From an uncultured virus (IMG/VR IMGVR_UViG_3300025280_000025) (taxonomy: Duplodnaviria; Heunggongvirae; Uroviricota; Caudoviricetes), in IMG/VR virus record IMGVR_UViG_3300025280_000025: a stretch of 64,000 bases of DNA, one strand, 5' to 3'. A model generated the notes under the pieces. It saw only the letters and a list, made by a program, of their open reading frames with translations, made no database searches and was not told the DNA's origin. The position numbers and the translations under genes were made by a program. Shown here piece by piece: positions 19,569 to 28,830 of the stretch (position 1 is the first letter of the stretch; every line of letters starts with the position of its first letter).

Positions 19569-20098
19569 TATACAGGTAAGTCGCCCATCTCCTCAGTCTC
19601 TTCAGTCTCTTCAGTTACTTCAACTTTATAGTTAGAGCCATCAAAGCCTTCAGTTACCTCAAAGCCACCGCCTAAATCTGCTGTGTTCTTTTCAATGATC
19701 TGTACTCCGTTTAGGAATATAGACATTGAACCATCACGAGCTAGTACTGTTGGTGCCAGTCTTAATCTTACTGAATCTCCACCAAATGGTACTGCTTCGG
19801 TACGCTGAGCACCAGCATCACGGCAAGGAAATACTTTAGTATCCTTCTTAACAAAGACTTTAGACTTTGCTTTAAGGAATGATTCCCCTGTCTCTTCATC
19901 AGAATACATACCATTAATCTTGGTTGCGCCTGATTCTTTAAGCAGTGTGTCTAGTTGCGTCTGCAACTCGTTATCTACTATAACAGTACAGCTATGATTT
20001 GCTGAGTCTTCTCCAAACTTAACATCTGGGGCATGCAAGTGTGCCCACTTCACTGTCAGTGTGTGTGTCGTAAAGGGTTTAATCTTTTGAGCCATCAT
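19568..20098 (-). CDS. ssDNA-binding protein (T7 gp2.5-like)
   Basis: WAHL..PD.KF, GGDSVRL and SIFLNGVQIIE motifs, plus an acidic tail. Confidence 0.85.
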   Translation of the reverse strand: MMAQKIKPFTTHTLTVKWAHLHAPDVKFGEDSANHSCTVIVDNELQTQLDTLLKESGATKINGMYSDEETGESFLKAKSKVFVKKDTKVFPCRDAGAQRTEAVPFGGDSVRLRLAPTVLARDGSMSIFLNGVQIIEKNTADLGGGFEVTEGFDGSNYKVEVTEETEETEEMGDLPV

Positions 20099-20279
20099 TC
20101 TGTTCTCCTTTTTCAAGTTCAATTTGCTCTTCACATTTCTTTAATAAGGCAATCTTTGATTCATCTATGCCTTTTACAATTGCATCTAGAACATTACGCA
20201 TGTCATCTAGATACTTAGTTACTTCATCCGCAGATACATATAACTGTTTTTCTTCCTCGGTTTTCACTTCGGTTTCCAT
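20079..20279 (-). CDS. Hypothetical acidic coiled-coil protein
   Basis: TAATG-coupled within the operon. Confidence 0.55.
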   Translation of the reverse strand: METEVKTEEEKQLYVSADEVTKYLDDMRNVLDAIVKGIDESKIALLKKCEEQIELEKGEQNDGSKD

Positions 20280-20938
20280 TACATTACCTCCATATAAGGT
20301 TTGCCATCTTTAACAATACCTACGCCATTAACTGGTTTGCGTAGGAAATTTCTACTATAATACATTAATTTGTGGTCTTTGTCAACCCCATTAGGTACAT
20401 TCATACCAAATATTTTTTCTCCAGTCGGTCCAGAAGTATACAATATGGCAGCAGTAGAGTGTATATGCCCCGCCACTGAACTTTGTAGTCTTGCTTTCGC
20501 TGTATTAAAGGCAGGACACAAGCCCCCACTAGTTCCTGTACCATGATAATAATAAATGCCATCGATATCATGCTCATATTCCCAATCCCAATAAGGCGTT
20601 TCATATATATCACTATACTCCTTAAGATACATAGCAGGGATACCGCTTGCAGCAGCCATCCTATGTACTCTTTCATCATGGTTTCCAATACATACCCTAG
20701 CTTTAGGGAATGCTTTGTGCCACTTCTTTAAAGCACCCATGGCTTTATTATATTCTTCTACAGCACTGTCGCTGTCTGGATTTTTCTGGTGAAATGATAT
20801 TGCATGGTGATCTAAGATGTCACCAATAAACATTACTTCAGTACACTTGTGTTTTCTTTTTATATTTTTACAAAACTGTAAATAGTCTTGCCTTTCTGCA
20901 GGTAGATGTAAATCACCTACCACCAATACATTCGTCAT
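20279..20938 (-). CDS. Calcineurin-like metallophosphoesterase
   Basis: GDLH, GDILD, GNHD, HG and GHIH motifs. Confidence 0.9.
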   Translation of the reverse strand: MTNVLVVGDLHLPAERQDYLQFCKNIKRKHKCTEVMFIGDILDHHAISFHQKNPDSDSAVEEYNKAMGALKKWHKAFPKARVCIGNHDERVHRMAAASGIPAMYLKEYSDIYETPYWDWEYEHDIDGIYYYHGTGTSGGLCPAFNTAKARLQSSVAGHIHSTAAILYTSGPTGEKIFGMNVPNGVDKDHKLMYYSRNFLRKPVNGVGIVKDGKPYMEVM

Positions 20939-21161
20939 TATCGTCCTCCTTGGGCGGTAATATTATTTTTGCTTCTACATCCATGAAAGGTATGCCTCGT
21001 TCCATAACTTCCTGATGCAGATTTGTAAGAAAGATATCATACATTAAGTCAGATGGAAAACCAAAAGTAACAAAACTTTTTCTACCATCTAATGCTAGGT
21101 TTAAACAGTGCCTAATACTAAACTCTATGTCACCTTCACACTCAATAAATATATTTGTCAT
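20913..21161 (-). CDS. Hypothetical protein
   Basis: In the operon after RNAP, with an RBS. Confidence 0.55.
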   Translation of the reverse strand: MTNIFIECEGDIEFSIRHCLNLALDGRKSFVTFGFPSDLMYDIFLTNLHQEVMERGIPFMDVEAKIILPPKEDDNDECIGGR

Positions 21162-21173
21162 TCGTTTTCCCCT

Positions 21174-23615
21174 TTACGCAAAGAAATAATCGGAGATTAA
21201 TACTCTAGTTATATCTAAAGTCCCCTTCTTTGGCACCTTAGGAAGTATAATCCCAAGTTGCTGTTGAACGTCCTCTTTAAACTTTTCTAATTGATTAACG
21301 CTATGAATATTAACAAACTCTTCTCTTAATATATCACGCATATCATCTACATAATTACAATGGCAGCCATATGAGTCGTGTATCATACACAAACTCAGTA
21401 TTCCTATTCGTGTTAGCCTAACTATTGTCATAAACATATGTGCAGCATCTAAACTGTGGATAAAGTTAGGAGCTATTGCTTGAGAAGCACCTCTTTTATT
21501 TACATCGTTAGATGCAGTAAAAAATGTCAGCTCTTTATTACCAAACAGTTTAGATACAGATCGCCTTGTGTTGATCTGATTGTAATGATGCACTACTTTA
21601 AACCCTGAAGGGGTAGTATATTCTACATGTTTATTTAAATCATTTGCTATAGAAATTATTTGTTTAAGATAATCTTTACCTTTGTTAGGTTCCTTAAGAC
21701 ATCTGTCCATGCTTGCTTTAATAGCACGGGCTAGCTCAGTTATAGCTCCACCCTTTTGGGCATCATCTACCCAGTCTAAGTGTCCTTCTACTTTCAAATA
21801 CTTTTGTATCCCATAGAAAGTAAGACCATACGGGTCACACATTGTACTACGCTTAGTAACTTTTCTATCAATAGCTTCATTCCAATACTCTAAGAAGTTC
21901 TTACACCACGGTATCTCTTCCTTGTGATGAGAACAATAGTCAGTTACTGCATCAGCAATGTGTTGATATAGATCTTCGGGAGTATCCTTCGGAATGATTC
22001 CAACCTTCTCTCCAATTGCAGCGTCACCCATAATGGCAGCCCAGTGTTGTGCTCCGTTGCATTGTCCGTCTAGTTGTACTGATACATAAGACATACCATC
22101 TTCTCGACAGTAGTCAAAGATAGCAGCCAGTCTTTGGAAAGACTTGTTCTTCTTCTTCTTGTTGTCTATCCATTCTTTATTCTCATAAGGATCTTCAGCT
22201 ATTCTTCTTATCATTTCTTCATTATCTTCTGTCCACTTAGCTCTATCATTAAGTGAAACCTTATCATAGTCAAACAGATTTGCAAGGTTAACTCTTTGCC
22301 AGTACCTGCCTCGCTCAGTAACCTTTACTCCATTAGAGAAACAGGCTAAGCTTTTATCAAAGTCAGATGACTGTGGGCTTAGTAATTCACAGCTTGTATA
22401 AGCTCTACCACGAAAGTCTAATGTAAATACATGATAAAAGTATTCCCATTTCATTAGGTCTGAAGCAAGTTGTAATCTGATTAGCATTCGCCCTCTGGAT
22501 TGTTCTTGTTTATACCAGTCCGACCATGCACCCTGCCTCCGTTGGCACCAAATTGCTTTGTCTACTTTACCCCCATCTTTAGGGTATTCTTCGTTGTACA
22601 TAAACTCTTCAAAAGAATAGCAAGGTAGGTTGGCTAGCTGTGTATTGTTTTTAAACAGCGTCTCCATAACCTCTAACACTTGTTCATTTACCTTCCACTC
22701 TGTTAACATTAAACTATTCAGCCCACTTATAACCTTATCAGAGGGTTCAGAATACTTCTGTTCTTTATCACTCTCTCCAAAATAGTTTGACTTAAACCTC
22801 TGGACCATAGGTTTTCTCATGTTTGTTTTAATATATCCTCCGCTTGCATTTTGTGTATGCAATTCAGGAGGAATAATCATTGGTCTGTATATCAGAGAGC
22901 TTGTCTCTAGTAACTGATGTCTTCTGTGTAGCTCTTCCAAGATTGAATGATGAAACTCTACGAAAGTATATCTTTTAAATGTATTACCCCTCTTAATTGG
23001 ACGGGTGTCCATAAAAATAATGTTACTATCAGCAGCTATCCTTAACATGTGGTGCCCGAAGTCATGCTGTTGTTTTATAGTTAACCTCATGTCCTCTTCT
23101 ACCTTTTTACTAAAGGCTTTACATCTTTTGGGTGTCCAATTCTTAATGAACTTAGATTGCTTCATCCAGTCTACTCTATAATTGCTCTTAGCTCTTTGGT
23201 AGGCAACGATATCTAACGCATCCTTAGCAATCAAAGTTGAAACGCTCTGTGCTAGTGGTGGAGTATGGAACTCTTCGTCAAGTTGTTGTCCCCAGAATCC
23301 ACTCGAAAACCAGCATCGTATAACAGCCCTAACTGCTATGTCTGCCATCTTTGATGCCCCTAATTCGAGCAAAGGTGTGACCCACATAGGAGTCTTAGGG
23401 TTCTGTACTATCTTGTCTATCCACTCTTGATAAACTTCAGTCAATTCTTTAACCGAACTATCTAACAGCTGTTGTTCGGGCAGCCCTTCATCTGGTGCCC
23501 TGTTATAATCATCCCAGTATTTAGATCTACTATAAATTAGCATATCATTTTCATAAGATACTTGTGCCTTACGTCTATCACTTTTCTTACTATCTGTTTC
23601 GTTAGCCCATTTCAA
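21174..23615 (-). CDS. Single-subunit T7-like DNA-directed RNA polymerase
   Basis: DFRGRAY, DGQCNGAQH, RKVTKRSTM..PYG, APNFIHSLDAAH and IHDSYG motifs. Confidence 0.97.
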   Translation of the reverse strand: MKWANETDSKKSDRRKAQVSYENDMLIYSRSKYWDDYNRAPDEGLPEQQLLDSSVKELTEVYQEWIDKIVQNPKTPMWVTPLLELGASKMADIAVRAVIRCWFSSGFWGQQLDEEFHTPPLAQSVSTLIAKDALDIVAYQRAKSNYRVDWMKQSKFIKNWTPKRCKAFSKKVEEDMRLTIKQQHDFGHHMLRIAADSNIIFMDTRPIKRGNTFKRYTFVEFHHSILEELHRRHQLLETSSLIYRPMIIPPELHTQNASGGYIKTNMRKPMVQRFKSNYFGESDKEQKYSEPSDKVISGLNSLMLTEWKVNEQVLEVMETLFKNNTQLANLPCYSFEEFMYNEEYPKDGGKVDKAIWCQRRQGAWSDWYKQEQSRGRMLIRLQLASDLMKWEYFYHVFTLDFRGRAYTSCELLSPQSSDFDKSLACFSNGVKVTERGRYWQRVNLANLFDYDKVSLNDRAKWTEDNEEMIRRIAEDPYENKEWIDNKKKKNKSFQRLAAIFDYCREDGMSYVSVQLDGQCNGAQHWAAIMGDAAIGEKVGIIPKDTPEDLYQHIADAVTDYCSHHKEEIPWCKNFLEYWNEAIDRKVTKRSTMCDPYGLTFYGIQKYLKVEGHLDWVDDAQKGGAITELARAIKASMDRCLKEPNKGKDYLKQIISIANDLNKHVEYTTPSGFKVVHHYNQINTRRSVSKLFGNKELTFFTASNDVNKRGASQAIAPNFIHSLDAAHMFMTIVRLTRIGILSLCMIHDSYGCHCNYVDDMRDILREEFVNIHSVNQLEKFKEDVQQQLGIILPKVPKKGTLDITRVLISDYFFA

Positions 23616-23953
23616 GAGTTAAGTTCCTTCATAGCTTTGTCGAATTCTTCTTGGGTTATTTCACCTATAGCTAGATCATACCGCAAGCCCCACTCTTTAT
23701 GGGGTATACTAACAGGTCTTTGCTTGTCGCCTTTGCCAGCACTCTTTTCATTCCAAGCAGTAGGTGTCCAGTTACTACCGTCCTGATTGTAACCATCACC
23801 TTTCCCATCTCGTTTTCTTCTTAATAAATTCTTTGGATTGTGCGGATCATTTTTTAGTTTACGAACCTCTCCGTCTTCACCATCACCTTTTTTCTTCCAG
23901 CCATCTGGATCTCCACCTTCAACATAGCTCCCTTGTTTCTTTTTCTTTGGCAT
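23612..23953 (-). CDS. Hypothetical basic protein (AGKGDKQRP motif)
   Basis: RBS GAGGAG; ATGA-type overlap with RNAP. Confidence 0.6.
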   Translation of the reverse strand: MPKKKKQGSYVEGGDPDGWKKKGDGEDGEVRKLKNDPHNPKNLLRRKRDGKGDGYNQDGSNWTPTAWNEKSAGKGDKQRPVSIPHKEWGLRYDLAIGEITQEEFDKAMKELNS

Positions 23954-24051
23954 TAATAATCTCCTCTGCAGTATTGGATTATAAATAGAATTATAATAAC
24001 TATTGCTAAGCTTATTCTCATAGGCATTCTGTCTTTTTCTGGATCAGTCAT
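23953..24051 (-). CDS. 32-aa TM peptide (not in track)
   Basis: MTDPEKDRMPMRISLAIVIIILFIIQYCRGDY; TAATG-coupled to the next gene. Confidence 0.45.
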   Translation of the reverse strand: MTDPEKDRMPMRISLAIVIIILFIIQYCRGDY

Positions 24052-24078
24052 GGATCATTCATGGATCATTCCTTATTA

Positions 24079-24626
24079 TATGGGCTTCAAGAGCCTGCCT
24101 TATGCTATCATCGGACGTACCTAAGCACTTAGGCGGTTGAGGCTCCCTGAGTATAGTCTCTTTCGGGAACTATACCACACCCATAGATTTAAGTAGCCCA
24201 GAGCAGGTGTGCTTTATATTTTATCCTGCTTTACTAGTCGCACCGTAGTGCTACTTAGATTGTTATCACTCTCCGTTTACTAGTGTACGCAAGGGACGGA
24301 GTTAACAGAATTCTCATTAGCTTTATGGGTTTATTTCCTCAAGCCAGTACACCTGTACCCTCTGATAGTGATATTAAATTGTCGGGGCAAGTAAGAACGT
24401 GGGCGGGTACCTCTCCGCTTTGTCTCCTGTCACCCTGCCTTTCGGCACTCGGCGAACTTACTTAACCCCATTAGATTGTCGGTAGGTTACGCCTACCAGT
24501 CGAGTATTTTAGACCCTATACTAATGGGTTTCGAGTTTTACAACTTCACAGGTTGTTGTATAGTAGAGATGCCTTGGCTACGAGTAGCCCAAATCTCTTG
24601 AACCCGTTGAGGCCGTGGTCCTATAC
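24079..24626 (-). ncRNA. Tandem array of ~8 compact structured RNA modules (array 1)
   Basis: No credible ORF. Back-to-back closed stems, GAAA/GUAA tetraloops on the minus strand, and four modules repeated in array 2 with compensatory changes. Confidence 0.7.
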
Positions 24627-25610
24627 TAACGAGAGTGCATGACGCATAACACGGGTAGAATTCTTGGCTGCTTCACCGATCAGCTTGTTGCTGATAGTAG
24701 CCTCGGTTGTACGACGCTTACGGTTTTGTAGCCAGTTCGTTACCGCATTAGCTGCGATCCATGCACTGTTACCAAACTCCTCTTGTTCTCTATCAAATGT
24801 TTCAGACCATCCATTAAGTATAGCCATAGCTTTCTTACGAGAGTTATGCTCTTCTTCAGTATAGGATGATCGTTGCGAAGGTATCTCACCTTCAAACATT
24901 GTGTAACAGTCACGCCAGAAGTTTGTTATCTCTTCTCTGTCCCATTTCTTAAGACCTAGTGTACACACTGCTGCTCGGAACTTAGCCTTGTGGTTCTTCC
25001 ATTCATCCAGTGCTTCTTTAAGTCCTAAGATCTTATCTTCCATGTCACCTTTGTGACGTAGTTTAATCATACGCTGTGATCCTTCACTAATAGCCCAGCT
25101 CAATGTGTTGTTACATACAACCCTGACTGAGGTAGGTAGTGCAGATAAACTTAGCGTACCATTGTGACTGTTCATTAAGCAGAGATACTCATGCATCTCA
25201 TCGTTGCCATTCACAGCCCACTCACTGTCCTTCATAAGGACATATGACTGTGCTCCATTGAACAGTGTGCCTGCTGTCTCGACCTGTAATCCAGGTACTG
25301 AGCCAGCAATGTCAAACAGTTCGCTGTTCTGTACAATCTTATAGTTCTTATTGACTACACCTAATACTTCTTCAGTATCAGTACGTACAGTAGCATGGAA
25401 TTTACTAGGCAATGTATAAAGCTTACCATAATAATCATCATTGGCATAATCAGCTACTAAAGGTTCAGACAGTACCACATTAAAGCCCATCTTAGCAAGT
25501 TGCATTGCTTCGTAGGGTGTTGGTGCATTCTCAACGACTGTTCCCAGTCCGTGCCATGCAGGCTTACCAACGTATACGGCATGGTCTTGTTCGTACATTT
25601 CATGTGACAT
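24621..25610 (-). CDS. DUF932-family (phage/plasmid-like) protein
   Basis: PAWHGLG, YKIVQN.ELF and NSHNG...TSVRVVCNNTL...HKG motifs. Confidence 0.9.
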   Translation of the reverse strand: MSHEMYEQDHAVYVGKPAWHGLGTVVENAPTPYEAMQLAKMGFNVVLSEPLVADYANDDYYGKLYTLPSKFHATVRTDTEEVLGVVNKNYKIVQNSELFDIAGSVPGLQVETAGTLFNGAQSYVLMKDSEWAVNGNDEMHEYLCLMNSHNGTLSLSALPTSVRVVCNNTLSWAISEGSQRMIKLRHKGDMEDKILGLKEALDEWKNHKAKFRAAVCTLGLKKWDREEITNFWRDCYTMFEGEIPSQRSSYTEEEHNSRKKAMAILNGWSETFDREQEEFGNSAWIAANAVTNWLQNRKRRTTEATISNKLIGEAAKNSTRVMRHALSLV

Positions 25611-25618
25611 AAGTTCTC

Positions 25619-27712
25619 CTATTCATCACTGTACTTTTCCCAATCGACATCATCCCAACGTTTGAGATCGTCTTTTATTGCCTGTCTCTTGGGTTTCTTT
25701 TTCTTTTTTTTAGGACGATCAGGTTCGGGCTTGTGCTTCTCGTACCTTATCTTCCGCTTTTTTGAGCTCATATTCCTCCATGCCTAAATAGAATTCAACG
25801 ACATCACCAGCTGGAACCCAGCCAGAATCCTCACGATAGACGAAACCATCATCTGTGAAGTCGAGAATCATTCCTAGTTTACGCATTTGTTCTAAACAAT
25901 TATCAGATATTTCTATCTTCATATCTGTCTCCTTAGCAAACAGCTGTATACAAGGCAGCTTTGCCTAGTATAACTATAAGTCTGTTCCAATACAGCATCC
26001 TCATATTTGAGTCACTCCATATTTAACATCCCAATATTTATTTTCTTTATTCCAATTACATTCCATCATTTCAGCCATGTAATCACATTCATAATCAAAA
26101 TCATCAGAATCATAGCCAGTTAAAGTGCCAACAATCCTAGTATAAATTGCTTGATCGACATCATCTGTGTATTGTACCATAATTGTATCGTCTGTCAAGA
26201 CCAATTGTGAATAATTATCATTATATTTTCCATCGCCGTATTCATAGTACCCTATCCCAGCACTTTCTACAGTATAGTCTAAGGTTTCTTTTATTAACAC
26301 ACGAATATCTTCTTCAGATACATAGTTTACTTCATTCATCTTTTATCTCCTTGAGACTAGCTTCTAGTTCTTCCATACTAAAGTTTAGTCTAGTATTAAA
26401 GTTATTTTCAGCTCTATTGAAAGCACCAGCTACTATATGTTCGAGGTCTTTCTCGAAGCCTATCATAGCATCAGAAATTAGGCTATCTATGTGCAGTTCA
26501 GCCCATGTCTTTAGCCTGTCTTCTATAACATCCCATATTCTATCTTGTTCTATATGAAGATCACAGATTATATGTCTGTCGCTCATTTCTTATACTCCTT
26601 TACAGTATAGATTATTCCATCACTCTTTTTACGTAGGCTATTAAAGTCATTGGCATCCTTAACGGCCTCTGATTTCTTATAGTATACAGCAGGCTTCCAG
26701 TCACCGTCGACTATCCAGCCACTATCCTTTACTCTAATGCCCCATTTCTTTACTCCTCGCATGGTACCTCCTTGGTATATGTATCCATACACTCGTCATC
26801 ACAGCCGTTACACCATACATACTCATTAAAAGAACCATCAGCATAGTCATCGCCTGTTATAGTATCATCGTGTAGTTTTTCCAAGGGTATCATTGCATCA
26901 TAGCCTTGCCATAGATCTGTACTATGACACTCACTACAGTGTTCAGTTATCTTTTTCATTCTTATACTCCTTGTGTTGCAAAGTATACTACAATGGCAGT
27001 ACTTACAATCACCTGTATTGTTATTAATACTATGGCAATGCGATTCATTCTTCGTTGCTTGGCTTGTAGTTCTTTATATTTCTGATTCATTCTTCCTCCT
27101 CAAGTGCATCTTCAAAGTAGGAATGATACTTCTTAATCAAGTCATCAACCCAATCCACATCACCACAGCCATGTTGTCCACCACATGCGTGATAGAACTG
27201 ACCACAGACATCCTTCCAATCGGGATCATCCCAATCAATCGCTTGCTTTGGCATCGTATTCATCCTCATCTATAAAGTCTATTCGTTCAGTGTTACAATC
27301 ATCACACCAATTATATTCCCAAGGGTAGTCAAGACCGCCCCTCACAGGCACATCATAGTCGTGACCATGAGTGTTGTTAGGATCATACATTGCTATGTGA
27401 CCCTCAGTTATATTAGTTCCCCCGCATTCGCTACATACCATTGTCACGGTTAGCCTCCTCACGCTCATCTATTTCATTTTCTTCACGAGATTCCATATGC
27501 TTAGTCATCCACTCATCATACTCAACACGCTCGACATCCCAGTCTCGCAGCTCCCCATCCTGTGTCTCCCAGTTATCCCACTCACCCACATAAGGATCTT
27601 TATCAAATATTGCACGGGCTTCTTCCTCTGACTCCGCCTCGACATAGCACTCACATGTTTCCCATGTGGTACTGGTTGTATTGATATCTATCCTATAGTA
27701 TTTCTTAGTCAT
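25619..27712 (-). other. Cluster of ~11 small acidic early genes, including two paralogous Zn-ribbon proteins (26750-26959, 27235-27468)
   Basis: Tightly packed minus-strand ORFs with AGGAG RBS; CSEC...WCxxC in two of them. Confidence 0.7.
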
Positions 27713-27737
27713 ATTGTTCTCCTGTGTTGGGTTAGTA

Positions 27738-28281
27738 ATTTCTTGTGCGGAGAGCCTTCCCTTTCTTAGGGATTCAACTATTTTAGGCTCTTACTCCGCT
27801 ATCAAGAAATAGATTGTGGAGGAGTAGTAGAGATCGGGGTGCTTTATATTTTATCCCGCTTTGGTCGACATGCACCATACTACTACTCCCCCTCTAGAAA
27901 ACCCCCACTAATATTTCTATTAGTGAGGGCGTGTGTAGTAGAGATGCCAAGATTATCTCTATTAACCCGTCTAGCCGTGGTTCTACACAATGGTATTTTA
28001 GACCCTATACCAATGGGTTCGCAGTTTTGGTACACACATGCTCAGGTGAGTAGTGTCTCGTTATCACACTTGTGAACCGCACACAACACGGGTTGATGGT
28101 TGCTGTTGGTGTTAACTTTATTTAAGGGGACCCTTCACCAAATTCAACCAATTAGTAGATACCCTCCAGTCCGAACTATGTAAGACCGAATTACAGTTCA
28201 AGCCCAGCCTAAAGGCACATGACTTTCCGGAAGGTACCTACTAAATGGGGCTCCCGTCATCGGGAAGAATCGGGGAGCCCT
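27738..28281 (-). ncRNA. Tandem array of structured RNA modules (array 2) spanning the segment A/B junction
   Basis: Homologs of four array-1 modules in a different order, plus further multi-stem elements at 27738-27810, 28091-28149 and 28152-28243. Confidence 0.7.
27896..27929 (-). terminator. Intrinsic terminator inside array 2
   Basis: CCCUCACUAAUA-GAAA-UAUUAGUGGGGG-UUUUCU. Confidence 0.65.
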
Positions 28282-28302
28282 AAGAGTGGGGGTGCTGAAT
28301 TA

Positions 28303-28827
28303 TTAACCCCCTAGTAGGGTCATGAGGTATTCACTCTTGTAAGTGGTAGTGCCACGTTCAGTATAATTGCATCGAATCATACATGCAACAGTAGAGTCGC
28401 CATTTAGTTTGGTTTCTACCTCATCGAATGCCGAACCTAGATCAGTTGGCTCATAACCAAGGATGGTTTTGAGGTGACCCTTCAATCTACTGAGTTCGAT
28501 ACGTGCCCGTATTTGTGATCCTTCATGTGTAAGTAAAGAAGCATCGTGTGGGATGGTCATGGGAGCACCATTCCAAATCAATGGTTCTGTTCGGTCAGGG
28601 TCTTCACAGAGTTGATAGTGAAATTGAACAGATACTGCAGGGAATTCTTGTTTGTCATCTGTTTGACGGAAGGTTCCATTTTGTACATTCATTCCGAGAA
28701 CATAACAAGCGTGTTCACCTTTGGGGGGCCATTCTCCTAATGAACCCATCCCTTGGTCTGCGGTTGCGGTTTCGAAATCCGATTGCAAGTTTGAGAAGAT
28801 TGCCTTCGTCTCATTACTAATGCTCAT
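28303..28827 (-). CDS. Putative SSB (DUF669-like OB fold)
   Basis: WPPKGEH pattern; lies downstream of an AAA ATPase and exonuclease. Confidence 0.55.
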   Translation of the reverse strand: MSISNETKAIFSNLQSDFETATADQGMGSLGEWPPKGEHACYVLGMNVQNGTFRQTDDKQEFPAVSVQFHYQLCEDPDRTEPLIWNGAPMTIPHDASLLTHEGSQIRARIELSRLKGHLKTILGYEPTDLGSAFDEVETKLNGDSTVACMIRCNYTERGTTTYKSEYLMTLLGG

Positions 28828-28830
28828 AAG

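Larger units (their letters stand above)
1..28100 (-). mobile_element. Segment A: T7-like (Autographiviridae-type) phage genome, partial
   Basis: Co-oriented RNAP, gp2.5/gp4/gp5/gp6-like, portal, scaffold, gp10-like capsid and gp11-like genes in T7 order. The right boundary is approximate. Confidence 0.9.

Noticed and set aside
24090..24150. Fluoride riboswitch or hammerhead (AACCGC...GAUGA)
   Set aside because: The GAUGG 5' element and the CUGAUGA/GAAA core arrangement are missing.
24258..24380. SAM-I riboswitch resemblance (AUCAGAG...ACUGGC)
   Set aside because: It lacks the GCAACC/GGUGC core and is not upstream of a SAM-related gene.
24384..24469. HDV-like/theta ribozyme (GGCGAA before a helix on the plus strand) or c-di-GMP-I riboswitch
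   Set aside because: I could not build the P1/P3/P1.1 nesting, the tetraloop favours the minus strand, and the GEMM consensus is incomplete.
24283..28075. Plus-strand ORFs 24283-24465 and 27839-28075 over the RNA arrays
   Set aside because: They have alternative starts, no RBS and run against the direction of transcription. The stems and covariation explain the sequence better.
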